From NCBI GenBank assembly GCA_028534125.1, contig CM052832.1, positions 15,626,001 through 15,690,000 on the forward strand: 64,000 bases of DNA. The letters run 5' to 3'. Under the pieces are notes generated by a model. The model saw only the letters and a list, made by a program, of their open reading frames with translations, was not told where the DNA came from and ran no database searches. Position 1 is the first letter of the stretch. The number at the start of each line of letters is the position of its first letter. This document shows, one piece after another, positions 1-13,304 of the stretch. The DNA is from Lama glama (taxonomy: Eukaryota). The position numbers and the translations under genes are program-made.

Positions 1-839
1 CCGACAATGGGGATTCGAGGCCCAGAGGAAGAGGATTTTTCTCTGCAGTCATCCGCCTCACCCTGCCTCCTATGTCCTGGGCGCAGTTCTTGGTGCTGGA
101 GAACTGGCTTGGGGTCCCTCGGTGCCTAGAACCTGTGCAGGGTTTACTACTTCCGTTTATGAAGTAGTTTATGCTTTTCAAGCTAATTGCACGTGCATGA
201 TCTCTTTTAATAATCGCTAAGTTCACTGAGCTCTTACTGTGTGTCAAATGCTTTGTGTTTCTTATCTGCAAGCCCCGTGAAGGAGACAAGTTTAGAAAGA
301 TTAAGTAACAAGTTCAAGGTCACACTGCTGTTTGGGAATGGATCTAGATTCCATTAGCTTTCAAAATCCAAGCTATATCGGTTATCTCATACTACTAATA
401 ATCTTAGTAACAAAAACAGTAACTCCTTACCTATGAATAATTTGCAGAGTGGTTCTACTACATTTACTCAGCTGAGTTTCCAACCAATCCTGGGACTAGA
501 CAGGACAGGGATCTGATTTATGAGACGGAAAGGCAGGGAACTAAGGGATTTGGCCTGGTGCATAATTGGAGATTGGCCGAACTGGAACTCAAGCCACCCA
601 TCTTCTATTATTTAATTTGGATTCAGACGTGCTTGGGGAGGGGAGCAGACTGAAAACCCAGTCATCATCCCCCAGCCTTCGGAGTCCTAGGAAACCTACA
701 AGAAGCAAGAGCTTAAAGAGTGAGGAATGAGGGAGGAAACGGGCGAGGACCAACGTTTAATGGATGGGTAGGGAGAACTGAGAGAAGAAACCCAAGAAGA
801 AATGTATAGCAAAAGACATTTATCAAAGTTAAACAAATG

Positions 840-1335
840 TTAGACTAGGAGAAATACGGGCATTAAAGAAGAAAAAGTTTATTCATCTTAATTGATGCAA
901 GTGACTCAAACTATTCAACATCCATTGATATTAAAGAAAAAAACCATAACATGATAAAGGACATCTTCAAAAATCTAACAGCACACAGCACAATAATGGT
1001 GAAGTGTTGAAACCATTTCTCTTAAGATGAGGAACAAGGCAAGAATACCTGCTGTCAATAATCCTAGTCAATACAATAATGGAAGTTTTAGACAGTCCAT
1101 AAACAACAGCAAATATATAAAAATTGGGAAGAAACAAGTATGTGAGTATCACAGAGGAAATTTTGCATGTGTAGCAACCCCAAAAGAAAATTCAGATAGA
1201 ATTGATAAGTGAGTTTAGCAAGGCTGCTGCATTACAAAATCAACATAGAATAGTATTAATGTGTAAAATCTTTTGCATTTCTATCATCAGCAACCATCTG
1301 TTAGAAAATAACTTTTAAAATGTGCCATTCAGAAT
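840..1335 (+). mobile_element. Old degraded L1 ORF2 fragment
   Basis: A-rich strand with remnants of L1 RT-region sequence (..AAGATGAGGAACAAGGCAAGAATACC.., ..AGTGAGTTTAGCAAGG..ACAAAATCAACATA). Confidence 0.7.
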
Positions 1336-1339
1336 ACTA

Positions 1340-1778
1340 CTCACCAATAGAAAAGAATGAAATAATGCCATTTGCAGCAACATGGATGGACCTAGAGATT
1401 ATCATACTAAGTGAAGTACGTCAAAGAAAAATATCTTATGATATCACTTACATGTGAAATCTAAAATATAATACAAATGAACTTATTTGCAAAACAGAAA
1501 CGGACATAAAGAACAAACTTACGGTTACCAAAGGGGAAATGGGTGGGGAGGGATATAGTAGGAGTTTGGGGTTACCAGATACAAACTATTATATATATAA
1601 AATAGATAAACAACAAGGTCCTACTGTATAGCACAAGGAATTATATTCAATATCTTGTAATAAACCATAATGGAAAAGACTATGAAAAAGAATATATATG
1701 TATAACTGAATCACTTTGCTGTATACCTGAAACTAACACAACATTGTATGTCAACTATATTCAATTTAAAAAAAAAAA
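1340..1778 (+). mobile_element. L1 3' end with poly(A) (younger, laurasiatherian type)
   Basis: AAGAATGAAATAATGCCATTTGCAGCAACATGGATGGACCTAGAG (ORF2 end), 3'UTR ..TATAACTGAATCACTTTGCTGTATACCTGAAACTAACACAACATTG.. and an A-tail. Confidence 0.9.
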
Positions 1779-2263
1779 CTTAGAACAACAGAATTAATAA
1801 TTTAAAACATGTCGACTCTTACATCCTAAAATTTATGAATATGTGTATTACTAAGAAAATATACAAAACAAGTCTCAAAAATGTTTTACAAGTATAGTTA
1901 AAACCATATTATCTGAAAAATACCGTTAGAAGAACATAACTACCGTTAGGTCTGAAGTGCACCATTAGCCTTTTGTTCCCCAAAGAAAGAAGCCTTTGGG
2001 GGTGAGAAAAAAAAGCCTCTGTATTGTCTAGGAGGAGTAGGAAGTGAAGACCAAGATGACACGAACACCAGGCAGCCCTAAGTGTGCCAGGGCAGGGAGG
2101 AGTACTTTCACATTTTGCATCGTATGAATATATTACACCAAAAGATAAATAGAATGAAAAGAAACTGAGAAGAATGAAATATGTTTTCCTAACAAACTGG
2201 ACTCTTATATATTATTGCTGGGAGTATAAATTGGTACTTCTTTCCTAGAAGTTCAAGAAACTT

Positions 2264-2353
2264 GGGGGGAGGGTACAGCTCAGTGGTAGAGTGCATGCTG
2301 GGCATGTACAAGGTCCTGGGTTCAAGCCCCAGTACTTCCATTAAAAAAAAAAA
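2264..2353 (+). mobile_element. Camelid tRNA-derived SINE (Vic-1-like)
   Basis: A box (AGCTCAGTGG), B box (GGTTCAAGCC), A-tail, and 15-bp TSD aagttca(a/g)gaaactt. Confidence 0.9.
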
Positions 2354-2994
2354 AGTTCAGGAAACTTGAAAGTACCAACACCTCTTAATGTATCACTCCA
2401 ATTTAAGAATTTAGTTTAAGGAAATAATTGGAAATGTGCATAAAAGATTTACATAAGCAGAGTACTGGAAACAACCAAAATGTTCACCAGTGGATGATTA
2501 TTAAATAGGAGATGACAAAACTATATTATGCAATGTAAGTTGAACTTATATATATTTATAATAACATGTATGTATTACATATAATATATATATTAGGAGC
2601 AATGCATCTACTGTGTATGCTGCTGCTGGTGATTCAACCCTGAGCCAGAATCGACATGACCCTGCCCTTAGGGAACTTAACAATCAAATGAAGAGGCAGA
2701 TGTGAAACACACAGCCACATCATTCAGTGTATGATTGTAAAACGAGATGGATTCAATGAAAGCAAGGCATTTGAGAACATGTGGAATATAATGTGGCCAC
2801 TGAAAATTGTGATTTTGAAGACTCTTCAGTAACAGGTGTGGCATGAAAATTTTTACAAAATAAAAGACTAATTCAGTCTTGATTCAAATCAGTTACAGGT
2901 CACAGTGATATCTAATAGGAAACATTGCAAGAAAAGAACTTTGCTGACATGAAGTCTGGAGAGGTTCAGGTACAGGTATAGGTATAGGTTTTAA

Positions 2995-3130
2995 TGAGAT
3001 ATAATGGAAAAGAATCTGAAAAAATATAGATATGTATGTATGTGTATAACTGAATTGCTTTGCTGTACACCTGAAACTAACACTGTAAATTGACTACACT
3101 TCAATAAAAAAATAAGAATTAAAAAAAAAG
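2995..3130 (+). mobile_element. 5'-truncated L1 3' end
   Basis: Same 3'UTR terminus as 1660-1778, plus AATAAA and an A-tail. Confidence 0.8.
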
Positions 3131-4329
3131 TTTCCTTGAGACCAAGGAGTAAATACCCCTCCAAAATGATATCAATTGACATGTTTTTGAGGACACAAAA
3201 GTCAGACGGGGGACGCTGGAAAATTCCTGTTTGCGTTTTTCTACCCAAAGACTAATAGAGATTTTTCTGTCCATGTGGTAATTATTTCCCCAGTGGTTTT
3301 CTCAGAAAGGTAAGAGAACTCCTGGCATTAACTCCAAACAGATGGCTGGAGCCTCTTCTGTCATCTCTTTGTTCCTCTCCCTGCTCTCCCAAACTATCCA
3401 AATCCAGCCAAAGGCACAGATCTAAACTGGGAGGGGAAGCAAGACTAGGGCTGAGAATGGCCATGTGGCACTGGGCTTGAGGACACCTTCAGAATCCAGG
3501 CATCATCCGTGTTTCATCTCAAGCTGAACAGGAATATTATTTCTAACCATGTATCACAAGATCCCACTACAACAAACCACAATGAATGAAGGTCCTGGAG
3601 AGTTTCTCATAATGGAAATGTTCATATCTAGACTTAGAAAAAATTGGTCATTTAAGTGAGCTAGAGGTTTGATTAGAAGAAAGAAATTTGGTTTTCTCTA
3701 TTCTAATGTCATGTCTTTAATGGGAAATGGAAAGTGTTGGAAGGTGCCCAGGGGGTCTCTGGGTGCCCTCTCTTCTTCCAGGTCCCTGCCTTAGCCATGA
3801 AGACCCCCACCCTAGGCCCAGTTGCCAAGGAGGCATCACTCACCACCACCACACCCCCATCTGTGTGGACAGGCCTTCCAGGAGACAGCCACTCCCTATG
3901 TAAGGTCCATTACCACTCCAAAAACCAGTGTCAAAGATCCAGTGAAGATACACCCTTTAAAATAGGTCTAGGGAACCACCTTCCTTTGTCTAACCACTGG
4001 TCCTCAGAAAAACCTAGTTATAAAAGAAAAATCAGTGTTAACATCTTGCTTCATTTTTATGCAAGGTGCAAATTTAGTGTGAGACACACTTATTCTAGGC
4101 CATTTGTAGCTGAATGGAGGCTGGTGTACCTCCAACACGTCACCCTGTGCTGGGTGCTGGGAATATAGCAGTGAATAGGACAGATGTGGTCCCTGACTTT
4201 TTTGAAGTTCTTGCCCAGTAAGGCGCACAGACAGATGAGCAGATAGAGAGGCAATGACAAAAACTAAAAGAGATCATGGATGTGACATACTATATAGTCC
4301 AGAAGATATGTTACTGAGAATTTTTATTA

Positions 4330-4920
4330 AAATTGAATTAAATGTAGAAATTAATTTGCAGAGAGTTGACATCATTGTAATATTATCTCCTTATCCATTA
4401 ACACATTTATTGGGTCTTCTTTAGTGTCTTTCAATAAATTGCTGTAATTATTCTCCGAAATTTCTTGAACACTTTTGTTTGATTTATTCCTAATTATCTT
4501 AAATTTTTTATTGTATTCTAAAGAGCTTTTATAAAATTATATTTTCTTACTACCTGCTACTGCTATAAAGGAAACTAATTGGGTTATTAATCTCCTCTTT
4601 AATAATGTTTCTAAGTTCCCCTATCAATTCTAATAACATGTTGGGTTTTCTGTGCAGACAATCAAATCCTTACAAACAACATAATCACTATTTATGTTTT
4701 TTTTTAATTGTCAGGTTAGTAAGTACACACACACCCCCACACACACTGCTTGGCTTGGTCTACAAAACTTTTGTTTAGAATTTTTCCACCTATGTTTGTC
4801 AGTGAGATTAACCTATAGTTGTCCTTTCTTGAACCGTCTTTGTCTAATGTTATCAAGGTTATACTAAGTCTCATAAAATAGTTCGAAAGCATACTCTCTT
4901 TATCTGTTCTCTGGAAAGGT
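4330..4920 (-). mobile_element. Old L1 fragments (antisense)
   Basis: T-rich strand with L1 ORF2-like antisense motifs; heavily diverged. Confidence 0.55.
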
Positions 4921-4924
4921 GTAT

Positions 4925-5034
4925 GTTGTTGTTGTTTTTATTTTAATTTCTTTTTTAATGGTGTACTAGGCATTAGGCCCAGGACCTCATGCATGCTAAG
5001 CATGCGCTATACCACTGAGCTATACCCTCCCCCC
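4925..5034 (-). mobile_element. Camelid tRNA-derived SINE
   Basis: Reverse complement of the SINE head (..CATGCTAAGCATGCGCTATACCACTGAGCTATACCCTCC). Confidence 0.9.
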
Positions 5035-5149
5035 TTGTTTTTAATGTTGGCTATAAATCTGTATCCAGGTAATAATAATCTCATGAAATGTTTTAGAAAC
5101 AATTTGTACAAAACAATGAGCCCCCAACCAACCACTCTTTTACTGGACT

Positions 5150-5465
5150 CACTTCTACTCATCCTTCAGTTCTTATCCTGAACTTCACATCCTTAGAAAG
5201 CTCTTTACTGTCTCTCACACTAGATTAGATGTCACTGTTCCATACCTCTCACAGCATGTTTTATTTCCTCTATCGTAACTCACTTCACATTTCACTGTAA
5301 TGTCTCACTAATGTTAGTATTTTCAGCTGGACCACAAGCTGCATGAGGGCAGTGACCTAATTTTTGTTCACCACTACTCCCATGCTTGGAATGTGGATGC
5401 ACAAAGTTGGCTATAAATAAATATTTGTTGACTTTGATTAAGTGAATGAGTGAAAAAACAAAATG
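5150..5465. mobile_element. L2 3' fragment
   Basis: L2 terminus-like ..AATAAATATTTGTTGA..TGAATGAGTGAA. Confidence 0.6.
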
Positions 5466-5910
5466 AATCAAGTTATACCTGGATGGGGGAAATTTGAACT
5501 CCCTGTGAAGACCTTCTGCTTTAGAACAAGGGAGAAGATAAGAACCGATAAAGACCACATCCCCAGCCGTGGGAGCTGAGGCCTGTGGAAGGAGGTTGAT
5601 GCACCATCCAAGTCCATCTGTGCAGAAGCTTGGTGTAAAAGGACAGTGATGGGGGCAGAGATGTGGCAGCACCAGGGACCTGATCATCACTAGAGGTCTG
5701 ATAGAAAACTGGGGGTGCACCAGAGGTGACCCTGCACACTTAGAGATTCTGGACAGTCATCATGCCTCTTTTGAAATTTGCACCTCTTGGGGAGTTGATG
5801 GAAGTGGTGGTTTCATAGGTGTATATATCTATCAAAATTCATCAAGTTGTACATCTGAAATATGTGTAGTTTACTGGACAGAAATTATACCACAATAAAG
5901 TTGTTTAAAA

Positions 5911-6008
5911 TTTTTTTTTAAATTTTTTAAGTGGAGATACTGGGGATTGAACCCAGGACCTCATGCATGCTAAGCATGCGCTCTACCACTGAGCTATACC
6001 CCATCCCC
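5911..6008 (-). mobile_element. Camelid tRNA-derived SINE
   Basis: Reverse complement of the SINE head with a T-rich tail. Confidence 0.9.
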
Positions 6009-6442
6009 TGCCAACAAATTTTAAATAACTGAAATCATAAAAAGTATGTTCTTTGACTACAAATGAATTAAATTAGAAATCAATAACAGAATGATATCTG
6101 AAAAATCTCTCAAATACTTGCATATTAAACAGTACATGTCCAAATAACCCATGGGTCAAAGAGGAGATAATAAGGGAAATTAGAAAAGATTTTGAATTGA
6201 ATGCAGATGAAAACACAGCATATCAAAATTTGTGGGACACAGGTAAAGGGGCGCCTGAATGGAAATGTAAACATTAAACTAAAGAACAAGAAATGTTTCA
6301 AATCATTAATCTAAGCTTCCATCTTAAGAAATTAGGAAAAAAGAGCAAATTAAATTCAAAGTAAACAGGGAAGAAATAAGGGAGATTAGAGCAGAAATCA
6401 ATGAAGTTGAGAACAGAAAAACAATAGAGAAAAATCATTGAT

Positions 6443-6654
6443 GAAGGAGGGTATAGCTCAGTGGTAGAGCACATGCTTAGCATGCACAAGGTCCTGGGTT
6501 CAATCCCCAGCACCTCCATTAGTCAATCAGTCAACCCATAAACCTAATTACCTCCTCCTAATAAATAACTAAATAAACCTAATTACCTCCCTGCTAAAAC
6601 AAAACAAAACAAAAATGTAATGAAGTAAAAGAATAAAAAATTTAAAATTTAATA
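6443..6654 (+). mobile_element. Camelid tRNA-derived SINE, long form, inserted in L1
   Basis: Head plus two AACCTAATTACCTCC tail units; TSD-like agaaaa(a)tca(t/a)tgat on both sides. Confidence 0.9.
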
Positions 6655-7879
6655 AGAAAATCAATGATACCAAATCAATAAACATGTAGGCAGACACATC
6701 AAGAAAAACAATTTTTTTAAATCTATAGGAGCAGAAATCAGATCTGTGCTTGCCAATGGCTTCACAGTGGGAAAGGGGATTCACTACAAAGGGACAAGAA
6801 GGAATTTTGAAGGCGATGGAAGTGTTCTGTATCTTGATTGTGGTGATGTATGCAATTATATACATTTGTCAAAATACATGGAACTGTACACCTGAAACGG
6901 GTGAATTTGACAGTATGCAAATTATATCTCAATGATTCTGAAGTGAAATAAAATACCAGAGTACATTTTAGCATTTTATGTAGAAGAAGAATTTCATGAA
7001 ATTTTTGTTTTAGACACGTATGTGTTCTGGATTGCAGCAGTAAAATGTGTTTTTTATCCCATAAGTTGTAGTTAAAAAGGAAAAAGAATTGATGTCAAAT
7101 ATGCCAAGGTCTTTCCTGGCTTGGGACTTGACACCAGTCAGTCCCTCTGCCTGAAACACTGGGACTGGTTCATTGTCTTACTTCAAGTCGCCTTGGGGTG
7201 CCCTTTTCGGGCCACTCCATCAAGGAACTCAGTGCCTCCCCACTATCTATATCACTAATTCTCTCTCATGCTGTTTATTTCCTTTATACCACTTAGGACA
7301 ATTTGTAGTTTTTTACTTCTGTAGCAGTACATGCGTCTGTGGACTTGCAGATTGTAATCTGATAATAGTGTTATCCTTTACCCCATGGTCTCTTGGAATC
7401 TGCCCTGTGGGGCTAGCTCTTCCTTCCTCTCTGAACAATACTCAAGAAGGCCACAGAATGTATCTGCTCAGTCTCCCTCTGAAAAGTCCTCCACACTTCA
7501 TTTTAAATGACGTTTCTTCTCTTGGCCAGCTATCACTAGCTTGACTTGGATAGCTGTGTTAGGAAAAAGAGGCAGTGTGTCTAGCTGCTTCTTTGTGCAT
7601 CTCTTTTCAGCCTTCCTCAGTGTCCCACCTTACCCATCAAAGACAGATGCAGGGAAGTAAGAGGAGGAAATGCTTCACTTAACCAGCACAAGCCAGAAGT
7701 GGTTTTGGTTTCCTCTGGTCATGACACGTTCAGATTGACTTGCTCTGTGGGCTGTTTGTGGGTTTGTATAACCCCATGATTGCCGACTATCGCTCCCCTA
7801 CACTCTGTATCCCAAATTCTGAATCCATCTAGGTGTTGAATTGTCTCCAATTCTCCCCTACTTCCTGTTATCCAGGCTC

Positions 7880-8316
7880 TTGACAGTGTGTCTTGGCAGG
7901 TACTCCATCAAAAGGTGGACCTTGTTTCCATACTCCTGGAATCTGGATTGGCCTTGTGACTTGCTTCGGTCAGTAAAACAAGGTAGATGTGACCTTATAC
8001 CAGCTCTGAGCGTAAGCCTCAGGAAGCCTTGTACATCTGCTCTCAGTCCTGAAACCCTGCCAGCAAACACACTCAGGCTAGTCTTCTGGATGATAAGACG
8101 TGTGGCTGAGGCGCTTCCTATCATTCCAGCAACACCCAGCCAGTCTTCAGAAGCATAGTTATCAACTGACCAGCAGCTGATAACAAATACAAGAGAGAAC
8201 CTTGCTTTAAAAGAATTGTATACATGATCCCAGCCCATATGCCGACCCGTGGAAGGGTGAGCTAATTAAATGGCTGTTGTTTTAAGACATGAAGTTTTAG
8301 GATAGTTTGATACACA
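7880..8316. mobile_element. MLT1 (ERVL-MaLR) LTR
   Basis: CTCCTGGAATCTGGATTGGCCTTGTGACTTGCTT and end TGTTGTTTTAAGACATGAAGTTTTAGGATAGTTTG. Confidence 0.7.
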
Positions 8317-8932
8317 TTGTTAAAAAGAAAAGTAAAATTCAACGAAGCAAATGTAAAGATCTGGTTGGCTTACTCTCCCTAAATTCCCCAATAACTTCCA
8401 TGTAACTAAATACAGTGAACTTTAGAGACTTCCTCTTATTTGATTTTGCAGCAGCAGATGACAAGTAGACTTCCACTTTCTTGGGACATTTGTCTCTTAG
8501 CCTCCAAGACCCAACAATTTTTGATACCCTTCCTACGTCTCAGATGGCTCTTGATCTCCATGGTTTCTTGACATTAAATCCCAGAACTGTCCAAAGCCTG
8601 ATCTGTGACTCTCTTCTCTTCTCACTTTGCTACCCTGGAAGAGCTCCTCCTTAAGAACTGGAAATTTTAGTACTCACCTTCCTGTCTGGACTTCACCAAT
8701 AAGCCTGATGTTATTTTTGCACACAGCCTTGACTCCTTTGCTACTTCATCCATTCCCAGCACTCCTGGCAAAGCCCTCACTCTCTGCCAACTCTGCCATT
8801 GCACACACGTAACTGAATGTATCTGGAGGGAAAGAGAACCACACCACCATACTAGCTGGTCTCATTTTGAATTTACTGTAAATCTCAAGTAGACGTCATG
8901 CTGGCTGACAATCATACTATACTTCCCTAGTC

Positions 8933-10366
8933 CAGTGGTCTTCACCCTGGAGTGTGCAGACTCCAAAATTCACACAAAAACCTTACAAAGGGCATGAGGG
9001 CATGGTCTGTTATGAAGGTATTCATTTTTGCATATTCTATTCCTATGTCCTTTTCCTAAAACTGGTTTGCATGAGAACTGTTGTGCAAATTCTCATTTCT
9101 CTCCTCCTTTTTTACCATTGCCCATTTGCCATTCTCCCAAGGTGGGGAAATGTAAAAACATCTGGGTTGCTAAACAGAGGTACAATTTGAAATATTAGAA
9201 ATATTGTTTTTGGAAGTAAATGACTCTAATGATTGAGTAATGAATCCTTTGGCAAGTCAGGTGGTTTCCTATTCTTTGCTTTCAACAAGATTAAAAGAGA
9301 ATCTAATTGAGTTTTCAGCTTGAATATCATTAAAATAAATTTAATGATGGCTCATGATGTGATTTTTGACATATAATTCAGATGGAGTCCAAAAAAGTGA
9401 GTGTCATTGCTATAATAAAAATATTTCCATTTCCATTCACTTATTTATGTGAACAAGAACTCTCAGCTCTTATTTTGATGAAAAGGAAAAAAATAGAAAG
9501 AGAATTGTTACTGAATGCTGTCTCATTCCAGCAGTGTGATTCAATGAAACATGGACTAGTTCAAAAGCCATTAAAAGTTGCATTTTGAATAAAATTTTAT
9601 ATTTATGTATAATAGTTATCTTTCAAAATGTATAATGTACTTATGTGACTTTGATCAATTTGGGCTGTTGCTAATAGTTCAATCCAAAAGAAAATTTTAA
9701 ACATAGTACTATGGTTAAAAGAAATTGAAAAGAACTAATTTTTAAAAATATATTTTGTTGCAGAGAAATATAGGGAGATCAGTACAACACTTTCAGATAT
9801 AAACTACATTAAATTGGAGGAAGGTATAGCTCAAGTGGTAGAGCCCATGCTTACCATGCATGAGGTCCTGGGTTTAATCCCAAGCATCTCCATTAAAAAA
9901 TAAATAAATAAAATAAAAATAAAAACAAATAAATATATAAACTTAATTACCTTCCCCACAAAAATAAAAATTTTAAAAAGAAGAAATGATTTATTTTTAA
10001 AAAATACATTAAATTAAGATAAAATTATGTAGTGGAAGTGAACAAAATATGAATTCAAAGGAAAAATAATGTAAAATGTCTAACTGTTGAAGAACATTTT
10101 ATTAATACATTTTAAAAAGATGATGTTGAATATCAAAAAGCTATGGCATATAGGTTCTATTGGATACATTTAAAAGAGTAATATAAACAGTCTTACTTTA
10201 AAATGTCACTATTTACAAGATATCACAATTTTTACACTCTTTGTAGTTATTTTAATTTTAAAAAAAATGAATTAGATATAAAGTAAAATATACACAAGAA
10301 GTCACATAGTTTTCCAAAATGTTTTTAGGAAACATGCAAGAAAAAAAAAAAAACTGAAGACTAATT
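8933..10366 (+). mobile_element. hAT-Charlie DNA transposon fossil with transposase C-terminal remnant
   Basis: Begins CAGTGGTCTTCA and ends with a degenerate inverse TGAAGACTAATT. ORF 9382-9588 contains FPFPFTYLCEQELSAL..K, resembling the hAT dimerisation motif PF.TTYLCE.GFS.L. Confidence 0.7.
9816..10004 (+). mobile_element. Camelid tRNA-derived SINE, long form, nested in the Charlie element
   Basis: SINE head, tail unit and TSD tacattaaatt. Confidence 0.9.
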
Positions 10367-10524
10367 AACTGGTCCTGGTATTGCTCTCATACCCAGGCAA
10401 GAAGGGACTCTGTCTTGAGCCCCACATTTTAGCAAACCCCACATGTCATAACACAAAAAGGACAGATTCAGAAAGGACATATGGGTATCTCTCTTACTAA
10501 GGATCTGACACTTAATTCTGGCAC

Positions 10525-11075
10525 AATATATTAGTTGTCTTTGCTGCATAAAAGATTACCACAAATTTTTTTAGTGGTTCAAAAAAACACACATTATTTC
10601 ATGATTTCTGTGGGTCGGAAATCTGAGAGAAGCCTACCCTGACCCTCTGCTTCAGGGTGTCTCACAAAGCTGCCATCCAGGTGCTGCCAGTGATCTCAAC
10701 TGAAGGCTCAGTTGGGGAAAGAGCTTGCTCCCCCAGTTGTTGGCAGGCTTCAGTTCCTTAAAGATTGCTGGACTGAAGCCATCAGTTTCTTGTTGGCTAT
10801 TGCCCGGAGGTCACCCTCAGTTTGTGGCCATGTGGGCCTCTCCAGAATGGCAGCTTGCTTCCTCAAAGTCAGCAGTAGAGAGGCTGCCTACAAGACAAAA
10901 GTCATGACTTTTATAGCTTAATCTCAAAAGAAACATCTCATCAATTTTCCCATATTCTATTCGTTAGAAGCAAGTCACTAGATTCAGTCCACACTCAAGA
11001 GGAGAGGATTACACAAGGCATGAATATCAGAAGGTGGAGATCACCGGGAGCCATTTTAGAAAGCTGCCTACTATA
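10525..11075. mobile_element. MLT1 LTR
   Basis: TATATTAGTT..TTGCTGCATAA..TTACCACAAA start; ATTCTATTCGTTAGAAGCAAGTCAC..GCCATTTTAGAAAGCTGCCTAC end. Confidence 0.75.
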
Positions 11076-11899
11076 TACCACCTGACCATAAGTCTACACA
11101 TGGGCTGTTGTAATTAACACTATTCAATCCCAAGGAACTGTGTCTCCATTCCTCTTGTCCTCTGTCATTGAAACAAAAGGTGGTGGTGACCCAATGCTGT
11201 GAAGATGTATGGGTTGTGCTGCTGCTGAGCCTAGACATGGACTCTTGTTTGAATGCAGGGAGGATTAGCAGTGATGGTGGTTAGGTAAGAGAACAGACAA
11301 ATCAATTAACTTGTCAAATCTTCTCTCTCAGTCACCACGAATGCAATACTTTCTTACATGATGATGTATCATTTCCCAGTAGAGCCACACTTGCACATGG
11401 TGGCTAAGAAACATTTTCCTGTACTACACAATATTACTCTTAAATTGGTATGTATCTAAGTATGCTTAACAAACATGGCACATGAAGTTACACTGGCAAC
11501 TAAATAGACATCTAATGCTTGAATTACATATAGTTTTATTTTTATAAAAATATTTAATATGATTTAATTAAAATTTCAAAGAGTTAAATTTTAAAGTGTC
11601 AGCTCTCTAGAAACAATTTTTAATATTTATTCAGTATAATTTGTTTTACATTTTAATTTTAATAGATGATTTAAACATTAGAAAAATAACATTTGAAAGC
11701 ACAGAAATAATTTTATTTTACATTAACTTTATTTTACATCTTTCTGAAAATATATATAATTATGTAAAGTTTGAAATCAGTTGCATTTAACTTTTAAATT
11801 CTTTCTTTTAACTTTTAAATTCTTTATCCCATTACCATCAATAGAACATAGATTATGTGAAAATCTCAATTATCACAGCATAATTACATAGAAAGGACA

Positions 11900-12180
11900 C
11901 ATGTAAGTGTTCTGGCCCACAGCCCCAGCAGAGATCCAGCTGAAAGCTAGCATCAGTTACCAGACACATGAGTGAGGATGCCTCCAGGTGATTCCAGATC
12001 TCAGCAGTTCTCACCTTCAGCTTTTAAGTCTTCCCAGATAAGGACACAGACCATCACTGAACAAACACAAGCTATCCTCACTGTGTCCTCTCTGACATAG
12101 TAGTCCATGGGCATAACAAAATTGTCGTTTTGCATCAAGTTTTGGGGTGGTATGTTAGGTAGCAATAGTAACTGGAACAG
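11900..12180. mobile_element. MLT1 LTR fragment
   Basis: CCAGACACATGAGTGAGG..AAGTTTTGGGGTGGTATGTTA..AGCAATAGTAACTGGAACA terminus. Confidence 0.7.
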
Positions 12181-12745
12181 AGTGTTTCTGTGTTTCTGTG
12201 TGTATATGTACATACATTCATACCTTTCTTAGCTCTGTCTGCTGAGAAGGCCTAAAAACATGTCATTGTAGTAGCAATGAGAACATCTGGCACCCAGATC
12301 TTGGCTTCCAAATACCATCTTTGTCAAAAGAAGCCAGAGCCCCTTAAAGAAATGGTTGATTCCTGGGCTGAGACAGGAAAAGTACAAATTGAGCCTGGAT
12401 TACCTGTTGTACCAGAATGTAAGGAAATGGTTAAATAATGTTGAGAACATTTTGAAAGGACATAGGAGCTAGCTGGAAGGGCTTTCTCATTTGCCAAATT
12501 TGAGATAATTTGTACATAAAATTAATAATGATAGTAACTGATTACAATTAATTAAATAAAATAGAAATGTATGGGTCCAGACTACATAAATACAATAGTA
12601 ATGGATTATAATTCACTGAGTAAAATAGGAATCCATAAGTCCATATGATATAAATAAATGAGAGAGAAAATATTCTCTTTTATACTAGATTGTTGACTGA
12701 CAAAAACTGAAGAAGAAATGATGGAATGAAAAAAAAAATCATCAT

Positions 12746-12833
12746 GGGGTGTATAGCTCAGTGGTAGAGCACATGCTTGGCATGCATGAGGTCCTGGGGT
12801 CAGTCCCCAGTACCTCCACTGACAACAACAACA
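12746..12833 (+). mobile_element. Camelid tRNA-derived SINE
   Basis: SINE head with a (CAA)n tail; TSD aaaaatcatcat. Confidence 0.9.
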
Positions 12834-13304
12834 AAAATCATCATTTAATAAACATCATTGTGCTTATTCCCATGGGGGTGATCCATGGATGCTAAGGCAA
12901 TAGGTGTAGATTTGGTGATGTCTCACATATCTAGGAATTACAAAGGGACGGTGATGGCTTTAATGGTGGAAAAACCTGCCAGACTGGTTTGGCAGCACCA
13001 GGGGTGAGATGGTTCCCCCTCCTGAACCTTCTGTTATGGTTCACCAAGAAAGGCACATCTTTTCTCCGTTGCCCTTACATGCATTTAGGTTTAAGGGACA
13101 TCTTACAGAAATGAAAAGCATGTACACTTTAAAAGTGATTCATGAAAGACAGGGAAGGACAGAGGAACTGCCCAGATTGAAAAAGAGTGCAGATATATGA
13201 CAACAAATTCAGTATGTGATCCTGAGCCAGAAAGGACAGAGACATTAGTGGGAAAGCTGATGAAAATTGAAATGTACCTATGAATTGGATAGTGGTGTTG
13301 ATTT

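Larger units (their letters stand above)
5790..6945 (+). mobile_element. L1 fragments (ORF2 and 3'UTR pieces) interrupted by two SINEs
   Basis: AATTAAATTAGAAATCAATAACAGA..CCATGGGTCAAAGAGG..ATCAAAATTTGTGGGACACAGGTAAAG are typical of L1 ORF2; L1M-type 3'UTR ends at about 5800-5910 and 6730-6940. Confidence 0.8.

Noticed and set aside
1..200. Possible KIFC1 promoter flank at the left edge
   Set aside because: Expected from synteny, but no exon or clear CpG island is visible inside the window.
2264..2345. tRNA-like sequences (here and at about 12 other sites) as real tRNA genes
   Set aside because: They have A-tails, target-site duplications and divergent stems, which makes them SINE copies.
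3734..4168. 144-aa ORF on the plus strand
   Set aside because: Non-ATG start, no recognisable domain, and its end runs into L2-like repeat sequence.
11785..11825. Short tandem duplications (TTTAACTTTTAAATTCTTT twice; also CTTACAAAAGGATT twice near 56950)
   Set aside because: Ordinary slippage duplications; no array or spacer structure.
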